A stretch of 64,000 bases of DNA from Gallionellaceae bacterium (lineage in GTDB: Bacteria > Pseudomonadota > Gammaproteobacteria > Burkholderiales > Gallionellaceae), in assembly GCA_019753125.1 (NCBI GenBank), contig JAIELH010000029.1, positions 2,428 through 66,427 of the forward strand, read 5' to 3'. The notes beneath the pieces were generated by a model that saw only the letters and a list, made by a program, of their open reading frames with translations, was not told the origin of the DNA and did no database searches. The position numbers and the translations under genes were made by a program. Position 1 is the first letter of the stretch; each line of letters opens with the position of its first letter. Shown one piece after another: positions 22,278 to 31,756 of the stretch.

Positions 22278-22358
22278 TCACACTCCGATTCAGGGCAATA
22301 CAGAGCGGCAACCCGGAGCGGTTGCGCAGGTTTAACCTATCCAGACAGGATTTTTATC

Positions 22359-23894
22359 ATGACAGACAAATTGATTATTTTTGACACGACGTTGCGCGAC
22401 GGCGAGCAGAGCCCCGGTGCGGCGATGACCCGGGAGAAGAAGATCCGCGTTGCGCGCCAGTTGGAAAAGCTCGGGGTGGATGTGATCGAAGCGGGATTTG
22501 CCGCCGCCAGCCCGGGCGACTTCGAGGCGGTGAAAGCGGTTGCCGAAACCGTGAAGGATTCCACGGTATGCTCGCTGGCGCGCGCCGGCGAGAATGACGT
22601 GCGCCGTGCCGGCGAGGCGATCAAACCTGCAAAATCCGGGCGCATCCACACCTTCATCGCCACCAGCCCGATCCACATGCAGCACAAGTTGCGCATGACC
22701 GAGGATCAGGTGGTCGAGCGTGCGGTCAGCGCGGTGAAATGGGCGCTGGAATATACCGACGACGTGGAGTTCTCCGCCGAAGATGCGGTGCGTTCGGAAA
22801 TGGATTTTCTGGTGCGCGTGTTCGATGCGGTGATCAAGGCCGGGGCAAAAACGCTGAACGTGCCGGATACGGTCGGCTATTCGATCCCCGCCGCATGGGG
22901 TGAGCGCATCCGGCAATTGATCGAGCGCGTGCCTGATTCGGACAAGGTGATCTGGTCCACGCATTGCCACAATGATTTGGGGCTGGCGGTGGCGAACTCG
23001 CTGGCGGCGGTGATGAACGGCGCGCGCCAGGTGGAATGTACGATCAACGGCCTCGGCGAACGCGCCGGCAATGCCGCGCTGGAAGAAATCGTGATGGCGG
23101 TCAAAACGCGCCGCGACATCTTTAACCTCGACATGCGCATCGACACGACGCAGATCGTGCCGGCTTCCCGGCTGGTTTCCAGCATCACCGGCTATCCGGT
23201 GCAGCCGAACAAGGCCATTGTCGGCGCGAATGCGTTCGCGCATGAATCCGGCATCCATCAGGACGGCGTGCTCAAGCATCGCGAAACCTATGAAATCATG
23301 CGCGCCGAAGATGTGGGCTGGAACGCCAACAAATTGACCTTGGGCAAGCTCTCCGGGCGCAATGCGCTGCGCCAGCGCTTTACCGCGTTGAACATCGAGT
23401 TCGATTCGGAGGATGCGTTCAATGCGGCGTTCCAGCGCTTCAAGGAATTGGCCGACCGCAAGCATGAAATTTTCGACGAGGACTTGCAGGCGCTGGTCAG
23501 CGACGATGCGATAGCGCATGTCAATGAACACTACCGCCTGGTCTCGTTGCGCGCCCATTCCGAAACCGGTCTGTTGCCGACCGCGAAGGTGGTCATCGGC
23601 ATCGACGGCGTACAGCATGAAGCCGAGATGCAGTGCGGTGGCCCGGTGGATGCGACCTTTCAGGCCATCGAGAAAATTGTGCAGAGCGGCGCCGAGCTGC
23701 AACTGTATTCGGTGAACAACATCACCAGCGGGACCGATGCGCAGGGCGAAGTGACGGTGCGCTTGGCCAAGGGCGGGCGCATCGTTAACGGCCAGGGCGC
23801 GGATACCGACATCGTCGTGGCTTCCGCGAAGGCGTACCTGAACGCGCTCAACAAACTGCACGGCAACCTGGAGCGCGCGCACCCGCAGGTGTAG
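22359..23894 (+). CDS. leuA: 2-isopropylmalate synthase
   Basis: [33 protein letters not shown]-terminal regulatory domain. Confidence 0.97.
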   Translation: MTDKLIIFDTTLRDGEQSPGAAMTREKKIRVARQLEKLGVDVIEAGFAAASPGDFEAVKAVAETVKDSTVCSLARAGENDVRRAGEAIKPAKSGRIHTFIATSPIHMQHKLRMTEDQVVERAVSAVKWALEYTDDVEFSAEDAVRSEMDFLVRVFDAVIKAGAKTLNVPDTVGYSIPAAWGERIRQLIERVPDSDKVIWSTHCHNDLGLAVANSLAAVMNGARQVECTINGLGERAGNAALEEIVMAVKTRRDIFNLDMRIDTTQIVPASRLVSSITGYPVQPNKAIVGANAFAHESGIHQDGVLKHRETYEIMRAEDVGWNANKLTLGKLSGRNALRQRFTALNIEFDSEDAFNAAFQRFKELADRKHEIFDEDLQALVSDDAIAHVNEHYRLVSLRAHSETGLLPTAKVVIGIDGVQHEAEMQCGGPVDATFQAIEKIVQSGAELQLYSVNNITSGTDAQGEVTVRLAKGGRIVNGQGADTDIVVASAKAYLNALNKLHGNLERAHPQV

Positions 23895-23962
23895 GCGCGG
23901 CGAGCCGGATGGATAAGCCAGCACGGCGCGTCCTGGTTTGGATGGCTTAAAAACCTCCGGGT

Positions 23963-25426
<1,464 letters not shown>

Positions 25427-25466
25427 GTTTATTTTTCCCCTGAATGATTCCAAATCAACCCTGATG

Positions 25467-25702
25467 CTTGTCCGCAGATTACGCAGATTGACACAGATTT
25501 AAACCTAAAAACCTCAATTCAAGCCACAGAGCACACAGAGAAATCAGCGGTGTTACACATTTTCATGGCACACCAAAAAGGTGAATCATCCTTGCTCAAC
25601 CATTTGTTTTTACTCTGTGCTCTCTGTGGCTGCCAGAGTTTTTCAGGTTAAAACAAAACCCTGTTCAAAAATCTGCGTGAATCTGTGTAATCTGCGGATA
25701 AG
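25467..25702. repeat. Nested palindromic elements with 9-bp periodic arms
   Basis: Outer tccgcagattacgcagattgacacagatt ... aatctgcgtgaatctgtgtaatctgcgga; inner aacctaaaaacctc..gccacagagcacacagag ... ctctgtgctctctgtggc..gagtttttcaggtt (25502-25649). Confidence 0.8.
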
Positions 25703-25711
25703 TTTGTTGTA

Positions 25712-26971
25712 TTAAACGCGGATTTGCCCGTTACCCAGCACGATGAATTTCTGCGAGGTCAGCCCTTCCAGCCCGACCGGGCCGCGCGCGTGAATCTTGT
25801 CGGTGGAAATGCCGATCTCGGCGCCCAGCCCATATTCGAAGCCGTCGGCGAAGCGCGTCGAGGCGTTCACCATCACCGAGCTGGAATCCACCTCGCGCAG
25901 GAAGCGCATCGCCCTGGTGTAATTTTCGGTAACGATGCTGTCGGTATGTTGCGAGCTATAGGTGTTGATGTGCGCGATCGCTTCGTCGAGACCGGCAACG
26001 ATGCGCACCGCGAGTATCGGCGCGAGATATTCGGTGCGCCAGTCCTCTTCGGTCGCGGCTTTCATCTGCGGCGCCAGTGCGCGCGCCGCAGCGTCGCCGC
26101 GCAGCTCCACGCCCTTGTCGAGGTAAATCTCGCACAGCGGCGGCAATACCTTGGAGGCTACGCCCTGCGCGACCAGCAGCGTCTCCATTGCGTTGCACAC
26201 GCCGTAGCGATGCGTCTTGGCATTGTCGGCGATACGGATCGCTTTTTCGAGATCGGCGTCGTCGTCGATATACACATGGCAGATGCCGTCGAGATGTTTG
26301 ATCACCGGCACCTTGGCGTCGTCCGAGATGCGCGCGATCAGGCTCTTGCCGCCGCGCGGCACGATCACGTCGACAAATTCCTTCATCGTGATCAACTCGC
26401 CGACTGCGGCGCGGTCGGTGGTGGCGACAACCTGTACGGCGGTTTCCGGCAGCCCGGCGGCGCGCAGCCCGGCATGCACGCAGGCGGCGATCGCCTGGTT
26501 GGAGTGGATCGCTTCCGAGCCGCCGCGCAGGATCGCTGCATTGCCGGATTTCAGGCACAGGCCAGCGGCATCCGCGGTCACGTTCGGGCGCGATTCGTAA
26601 ATGATGCCGATCACGCCGAGCGGCACGCGCATCTTGCCGACCTGAATGCCGGAGGGGCGGTATTTCATGTCGCTGATTTCGCCGATCGGGTCGGGCAGTT
26701 GCGCGATCTGGCGCAACCCTTCCGCCATGCCGCGTACGGTCTTTTCGGTCAGCGTCAGGCGCTCCACGGATGCGGCGTCCAGCCCGTTGTTCCTGGCGGC
26801 GCTCACGTCCCTGGCATTTTCGGCGATCAGCCGCGCGCTGCCGTCCAGAATGTTCTGCGCGATCGCTTCCAGCGCGCGGTTCTTCGCGGCGGTATCGGCC
26901 TGCGCGATGATGCGCGAAGCCGCGCGGGCGGCTTGCCCGACAGATTCCATGTATTGCTTGATGTTATCCAT
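25712..26971 (-). CDS. proA: Gamma-glutamyl phosphate reductase
   Basis: [40 protein letters not shown]. Confidence 0.97.
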   Translation of the reverse strand: MDNIKQYMESVGQAARAASRIIAQADTAAKNRALEAIAQNILDGSARLIAENARDVSAARNNGLDAASVERLTLTEKTVRGMAEGLRQIAQLPDPIGEISDMKYRPSGIQVGKMRVPLGVIGIIYESRPNVTADAAGLCLKSGNAAILRGGSEAIHSNQAIAACVHAGLRAAGLPETAVQVVATTDRAAVGELITMKEFVDVIVPRGGKSLIARISDDAKVPVIKHLDGICHVYIDDDADLEKAIRIADNAKTHRYGVCNAMETLLVAQGVASKVLPPLCEIYLDKGVELRGDAAARALAPQMKAATEEDWRTEYLAPILAVRIVAGLDEAIAHINTYSSQHTDSIVTENYTRAMRFLREVDSSSVMVNASTRFADGFEYGLGAEIGISTDKIHARGPVGLEGLTSQKFIVLGNGQIRV

Positions 26972-26998
26972 GCCAATTTCCCTGAAGCGAATGAGCCA

Positions 26999-27087
26999 GT
27001 AGGATGGGTGGAGCGTAGCGATACCCATCATTAGATGATTTAAACGCAGATTTTTTGTTGGGTATCGCTATGCTCCACCCAACCTAC
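26999..27087. repeat. REP doublet (REPIN-like)
   Basis: GTAGGATGGGTGGAGCGTAGCGATACCCATC ... GTTGGGTATCGCTATGCTCCACCCAACCTAC inverted pair; same family at 62069. Confidence 0.85.
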
Positions 27088-27157
27088 GAATTGGTGCGCG
27101 TATTTTACCGCAAGCGGGATGGTAAAATGCGCGCCTTTCCTGAATACAAGCGTATCC

Positions 27158-27988
27158 ATGTCCGACATACTGAAAAAAATCCTCGCCGTAAAAGCACAGG
27201 AAGTGGCCGCCGCACAGCTTGTCAAGCCGCTCGCGGCAATACGCGCCGAGGCGGAACAGGCAGCAGCGACGCGCGATTTTATCGGCGCAATACGCAGCAG
27301 GATCACCGGCTGGCAACCTGCGGTGATTGCCGAAATCAAAAAGGCCAGCCCGAGCAAGGGCGTGTTGCGCGCCGATTTCCGCCCCGCTGAAATCGCCGCC
27401 AGCTATGCGCAGCATGGCGCGGCATGTCTGTCGGTGCTGACCGACGAGCAGTTCTTTCAGGGCAGCGCCGCATACCTGAAGCAGGCGCGCGCCGCCTGCA
27501 CGTTGCCGGTGCTGCGCAAGGATTTCATCGTCGACGAATACCAGATTTACCAGGCGCGCGCGATGGGCGCGGATGCGATCCTGCTGATCGCCGCCGCGCT
27601 GGATGTGGCGCAAATGCAGGCATTCGAGGCGCTGGCGCAGCGCCTCGGCATGGCGGTGCTGGTGGAAGTGCATGACGGCGCAGAACTGGATGCCGCGCTG
27701 CAACTGTCCACACCGCTGATCGGCATCAACAACCGCAACCTGCGCACCTTCGAAGTGAGCCTGCAAACCACGCTGGACTTGTTGCCGCGCATCCGGAACT
27801 TGCACCCTCGCCCGCTGGCGGGCGAGGGCTGGGGAAAGGGGGCTCGCATCGTCGTCACCGAGAGCGGCATCCTGAGCGCGGAAGACGTCAAGCTGATGCG
27901 CGCCAATCAGGTGAATGCCTTTCTGGTCGGCGAGGCATTCATGCGCGCGGACGATCCGGGTGCGGAGCTGGCGAAAGTGTTCGGGTAA
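27158..27988 (+). CDS. trpC: Indole-3-glycerol phosphate synthase, with an in-frame repeat-derived insertion
   Basis: [37 protein letters not shown]. Confidence 0.96.
   Translation: MSDILKKILAVKAQEVAAAQLVKPLAAIRAEAEQAAATRDFIGAIRSRITGWQPAVIAEIKKASPSKGVLRADFRPAEIAASYAQHGAACLSVLTDEQFFQGSAAYLKQARAACTLPVLRKDFIVDEYQIYQARAMGADAILLIAAALDVAQMQAFEALAQRLGMAVLVEVHDGAELDAALQLSTPLIGINNRNLRTFEVSLQTTLDLLPRIRNLHPRPLAGEGWGKGARIVVTESGILSAEDVKLMRANQVNAFLVGEAFMRADDPGAELAKVFG
27805..27843 (+). repeat. Palindromic CCCTC-type repeat inserted in frame in trpC
   Basis: Perfect 11-bp IR ccctcgcccgc-tg-gcgggcgaggg plus ctggggaaaggggg tail; translates [12 protein letters not shown]. Confidence 0.75.
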
Positions 27989-28016
27989 CAACATCGATTT
28001 GGCCTGACAGCACGCG

Positions 28017-28226
28017 ATGGATACCGCGCCAGCCGACAAGCCTGCGGGCTGCAACAACTGCACCCATTACTACATCACCCACGACGCCCATTTCAGATAC
28101 GGCTGCCGCGCGCTTGATTTCAAAAGCCAGCGGCAGCCGATCCTCGTCGTTACCGAGGCCTCCGGACAACCGTGCCATTTCTTCCGGCAAAAAGAGCGTG
28201 GCCGGAAGCAGCCGGATATGCAGTGA
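28017..28226 (+). CDS. Small Cys-rich conserved hypothetical protein
   Basis: CNNCTHYYITHD..YGC..FKS..P..V..SG.PC pattern. Confidence 0.7.
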   Translation: MDTAPADKPAGCNNCTHYYITHDAHFRYGCRALDFKSQRQPILVVTEASGQPCHFFRQKERGRKQPDMQ

Positions 28227-28367
28227 TGTCGCCATGGATATAACCCACAGCCCATGAGTTGCATGGGCGGGCAGATGCGGATGATCAACACCGCAAAGCG
28301 GATGCTAGCGACCGTGTGATCAGACGCACAAAATTCCTGACACCGCACCGGCTACTACACTACCAGA

Positions 28368-30347
28368 TCAGGCAGCTACGACCCTGTTTTTACCGCCTGT
28401 TTTTGCCCTATAAAGAGCGGTATCCGCCTTCTGGATAATATCCTCTTTGCCTTCAGCGTCATCCGGGAAAGTTGCCAATCCAAGGCTCACAGAAACAAAG
28501 CCCAGCGGTTGCTTCTCTCTGTAAGAAAACGGATGATCATGGATAGCTTTAACAAGTTTTTCGGCAACTTCTATTGCATCCTTCTTCCCTGTATCAGGAA
28601 GAAGGACGACCAACTCCTCGCCGCCATATCGAAACGGAACGTCCGTTTGCCTGATTGACGCTTTGATAAGTATCGCCATTTCTTTAAGAAGCGCGTCCCC
28701 GGCAGGGTGTCCGTTCGTATCGTTGTAATGCTTGAAATTATCTATGTCCATCATCAGATAGGACAGGCTTTTATGGTTCCGCTTGGACCGGGCCAGTTCC
28801 ATATCGAATCTCTCCAGCAAGCACCGTTTGTTATAAAGACCAGTGAGCCCGTCAGTAATGGCCATCTTCTTTGTTTCTTCAAAAAGCCGCGCATTTTCAA
28901 AGGCGATGGCCAGGTGTTCGGCAACGCTGTCGAACAGGCTGATATGATTGGGTTCAAACTTGTCGGGTTCGTCTTTAAATGCACAGATTAACCCCAATAC
29001 CTCTCCCCTTCTGAGGAAAGGCACCGCAAGAATCGAACTTGTTGCACTGCCGAACAGTTCATCCGGAGTGACGCTCGGCTCTCTGGAAACATCATTAATA
29101 ACTCTGCTTTTTCCCACGGAAGCAATCTGGCCGTAAAACCCTTGGCCAAATTTATACCTCACATCGTGGGTATCTGTATCTTTAAAGCCGGTTTGAGAAG
29201 CGACATATAGCTCATTCTTTTCCTTGTCGCGGATCATGATCAGGATTTTGTCGATATGAATCCCTTTGCTCATGCTTTTAACCAGGCTCAAGAGCATCTG
29301 CTCCGTTTCAAAGGTGGCGTTGAGCGTCTTGCTGACATTGTAAAGAGCGTAAATTTCCAGCAGCCGCCTATCCAATTCCTTCTTGGTCTCCTCCAGTGAT
29401 GTGGCCATTTTATTGAACCCAGTGGCTAAAAGGCCAACTTCATCACCTCCTTTGACAGGAACCCTGACCGACAGATCGCCATCAGACAAGCGCTTGAAAA
29501 CCGCCAGCATACCGTGAAGATTTCTGGTTATGATGAAATTAACTAGCAAGGCAATGACAGCTAGAATGGTTGCCAATCTTAGTATCCAGATCAGCGCCAT
29601 CACGAAGTTATTGCGCTTGATCTCTTTATTGATCTCCTCGATCGAGAATTCCAGGCTGATCGCTCCGAGAACCTCCCCTTCTTTTGCCAATTGATGGCAG
29701 CCGCTCTTTTCTGCACACCCCTCTTTTTTAACGGTATAGGGAATCAAAACCCGCGCATTGTCGCCACTGAAGCGAGAGACAGGCTGACCTGATTTAAGCA
29801 CTTCCTCATCAAGCGCATCCCTTGGGCGCTCATAAACTTCAAGCTCTTTAACCTTGAGAGCTTCAGCGATCTTCTTTTCCAGGGCATAAATATCCCGCTC
29901 CAGATTATTGATCTTCTGCGATATATCTTGGCGTTCGCCCTGATTTTTAGCCTTATTCAGCGCATTCCCAAGCTCGGCCATTTCCTGCGTGAGCGACTGT
30001 TTGCTCTCCACCCACAGAGGGACAACCTCTTTCTCATTAACCTCTTTAAACAATTCGTTGGTTCTGATGCTTCTGATGACATGTACATCCTTGAGTCCCT
30101 TGAGCTCTTTGGACATGGAGCTGAAGATGGCGGGGCGCAAATTCATCCGCCCTTCTCTCATCAGGGTGTTCAAGGTGACGCGAACATTTTCGGCAAAAAG
30201 AAACGACCAATCGAGAATCGCTTTTTGCGTGATTTTTTGCTCTCGATCGGCGTTATAGACGATATCCATAACGGTCATGGTGACAAGGATAATGCTGATT
30301 GCGCCAATGAATTTAAAACTGAGTTTTAAATCCCTTACCCTTTTCAT
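28368..30347 (-). CDS. Membrane sensor diguanylate cyclase (periplasmic heme-motif domain, HAMP, GAF, GGDEF)
   Basis: Two TM segments, CAEKSGCH, DEVGLLATGFNKM (HAMP), GAF, TDGLTG, DIDNFK, RQTD I-site, RYGGEEL. Confidence 0.9.
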   Translation of the reverse strand: MKRVRDLKLSFKFIGAISIILVTMTVMDIVYNADREQKITQKAILDWSFLFAENVRVTLNTLMREGRMNLRPAIFSSMSKELKGLKDVHVIRSIRTNELFKEVNEKEVVPLWVESKQSLTQEMAELGNALNKAKNQGERQDISQKINNLERDIYALEKKIAEALKVKELEVYERPRDALDEEVLKSGQPVSRFSGDNARVLIPYTVKKEGCAEKSGCHQLAKEGEVLGAISLEFSIEEINKEIKRNNFVMALIWILRLATILAVIALLVNFIITRNLHGMLAVFKRLSDGDLSVRVPVKGGDEVGLLATGFNKMATSLEETKKELDRRLLEIYALYNVSKTLNATFETEQMLLSLVKSMSKGIHIDKILIMIRDKEKNELYVASQTGFKDTDTHDVRYKFGQGFYGQIASVGKSRVINDVSREPSVTPDELFGSATSSILAVPFLRRGEVLGLICAFKDEPDKFEPNHISLFDSVAEHLAIAFENARLFEETKKMAITDGLTGLYNKRCLLERFDMELARSKRNHKSLSYLMMDIDNFKHYNDTNGHPAGDALLKEMAILIKASIRQTDVPFRYGGEELVVLLPDTGKKDAIEVAEKLVKAIHDHPFSYREKQPLGFVSVSLGLATFPDDAEGKEDIIQKADTALYRAKTGGKNRVVAA

Positions 30348-30463
30348 TATGAGCCCTTCAAGTTATCAACAATGGTGCTGGCACTTGCTTACCCGGCGAA
30401 CTGCCAAGGCTCACCGGGAATACAGCCATGCCCGGCATGGCTGTCATTGCGATGACGAACTGA

Positions 30464-31069
30464 TTAGAACATTTTGACCTTGAAAGCGTCCTTGGTAGAC
30501 TCTTTTTTATGGATAGCCTTCCTGTCATCAAGCGCTTTCCGGCGATCGAATTTGTACTTTTTGTCGATCTTTTCGGTAAAGGTTGAATCTTTGCCGAGAT
30601 GGCAGGAATTACAAATAGCCGGATCCTCGGAACTGTAAAGCGCTCCGGCCGCTTTGGCCTCTTCTCTGGTAAAGGTCACTTTTTTCTTCTCATGCAGAAC
30701 CTTGTATTCACTTCCGGCGCCGTGACAGCTCTCGCAGCCAACCCCCGCCATTTCAGAGGTTGACACCGCATCCTTAAAACCGCCGGCTTCCTGATAGCCT
30801 GTTGTATGGCATTTCAGGCAGCTTTTATCGTTTGTGTAATCTTTATTGGGGTCGAGATTGCCCTTCAGCTTTTCCTGTTTTTTGACCCCCGGTTTTAATG
30901 ACTCAAAGGCCTTTGCGTGTGCGGTCATCTCCCAACTTACCATGGCTATCCTGTGGCAGCCGCCGCATGACGAGCCGCCAACATAACCCGGCTTTGCAAA
31001 AGACACTCCCGAACATGTCAAGCTGATGGATATTGCCCAAACAAATATAAACCATGTCCTTTGAAGCAT
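30464..31069 (-). CDS. Periplasmic tetraheme cytochrome c (c554 family)
   Basis: Signal peptide; four CxxCH motifs (CGGCH, CLKCH, CESCH, CNSCH); YVG start and VGCESCHG. Confidence 0.88.
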   Translation of the reverse strand: MLQRTWFIFVWAISISLTCSGVSFAKPGYVGGSSCGGCHRIAMVSWEMTAHAKAFESLKPGVKKQEKLKGNLDPNKDYTNDKSCLKCHTTGYQEAGGFKDAVSTSEMAGVGCESCHGAGSEYKVLHEKKKVTFTREEAKAAGALYSSEDPAICNSCHLGKDSTFTEKIDKKYKFDRRKALDDRKAIHKKESTKDAFKVKMF

Positions 31070-31180
31070 TTTGCACCTCCTGAATTATGTTTTAACTTTT
31101 GTCTGCATGATATTTCGTGTCGAATGGATTTGTATCATAACTGGCCGGATTAGTATAGCGGCGGCCCGCCGGGCAACTGC

Positions 31181-31546
31181 TTAGGGGCCGCTGCCTTTGC
31201 AATCCCTGTCGTTGAATGAACAGGTATCGCCCTGTATGTGCCCTTTGTAATGTTCTTCAAAGGCGCGGCACATGTCCGGCTTGAACAGCCACTGATGATC
31301 GGGCGTCGTAAAAAGTTTTGCGTCTATCGGAGTTTCCCGCTCCTGATAAACCTCGACGATCTGCACCTCATCGGGTTTGATGTCATGCTGATGCAGGTAT
31401 TCCACCAGTCCGCAGATCGTATCGGAGAAATAGGAGTTATATTCCTCGCTGCCTTTCAGGATACGAACCCTCGCCTCATAGGTGTAAGGCAGGGTCTTGT
31501 CGTATTTTGATTTCGGCCCCAGTATTTTTTCGAACAGACTCATCAT
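31181..31546 (-). CDS. Hypothetical protein at the end of the cco operon
   Basis: 121 aa ORF, strong AGGAGG RBS, host-like codon usage. Confidence 0.7.
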   Translation of the reverse strand: MMSLFEKILGPKSKYDKTLPYTYEARVRILKGSEEYNSYFSDTICGLVEYLHQHDIKPDEVQIVEVYQERETPIDAKLFTTPDHQWLFKPDMCRAFEEHYKGHIQGDTCSFNDRDCKGSGP

Positions 31547-31567
31547 CGTCCTCCTTGAAGCGGCGGG

Positions 31568-31756
31568 TTACTTTGTCTCGCGGCTCTTGCCGCTATCGGA
31601 ATGCCCCATCATCTCTTCGTCATCATCGAGCAATATCCGGCTGGCATTGCCCTCCATATCCTCGTACTGGCCTTTCTTGACCGCCCAGATCAGCACCGCA
31701 AAAAATGCCAGTCCGAAGAAAATCATGCCAGGTATCAAACTGTAAATCACGTCCAT
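31568..31756 (-). CDS. ccoS: cbb3-type oxidase assembly protein CcoS
   Basis: WAVKKGQYEDMEG..RIL motif. Confidence 0.92.
   Translation of the reverse strand: MDVIYSLIPGMIFFGLAFFAVLIWAVKKGQYEDMEGNASRILLDDDEEMMGHSDSGKSRETK

Noticed and set aside
22332-23924. 530 aa antisense ORF to leuA, and similar long shadow ORFs over proA, lpdA, ccoI and trpC
   Set aside because: Typical antisense open frames of GC-rich genes with no independent motifs.
26972-27031. N-terminal extension of proA
   Set aside because: Its start is translated REP sequence; the conserved protein begins at MDNIK.
31125-31138. Possible FNR box upstream of the tetraheme cytochrome
   Set aside because: Mismatches in both half sites and no clear -10 at the spacing seen for the other three boxes.
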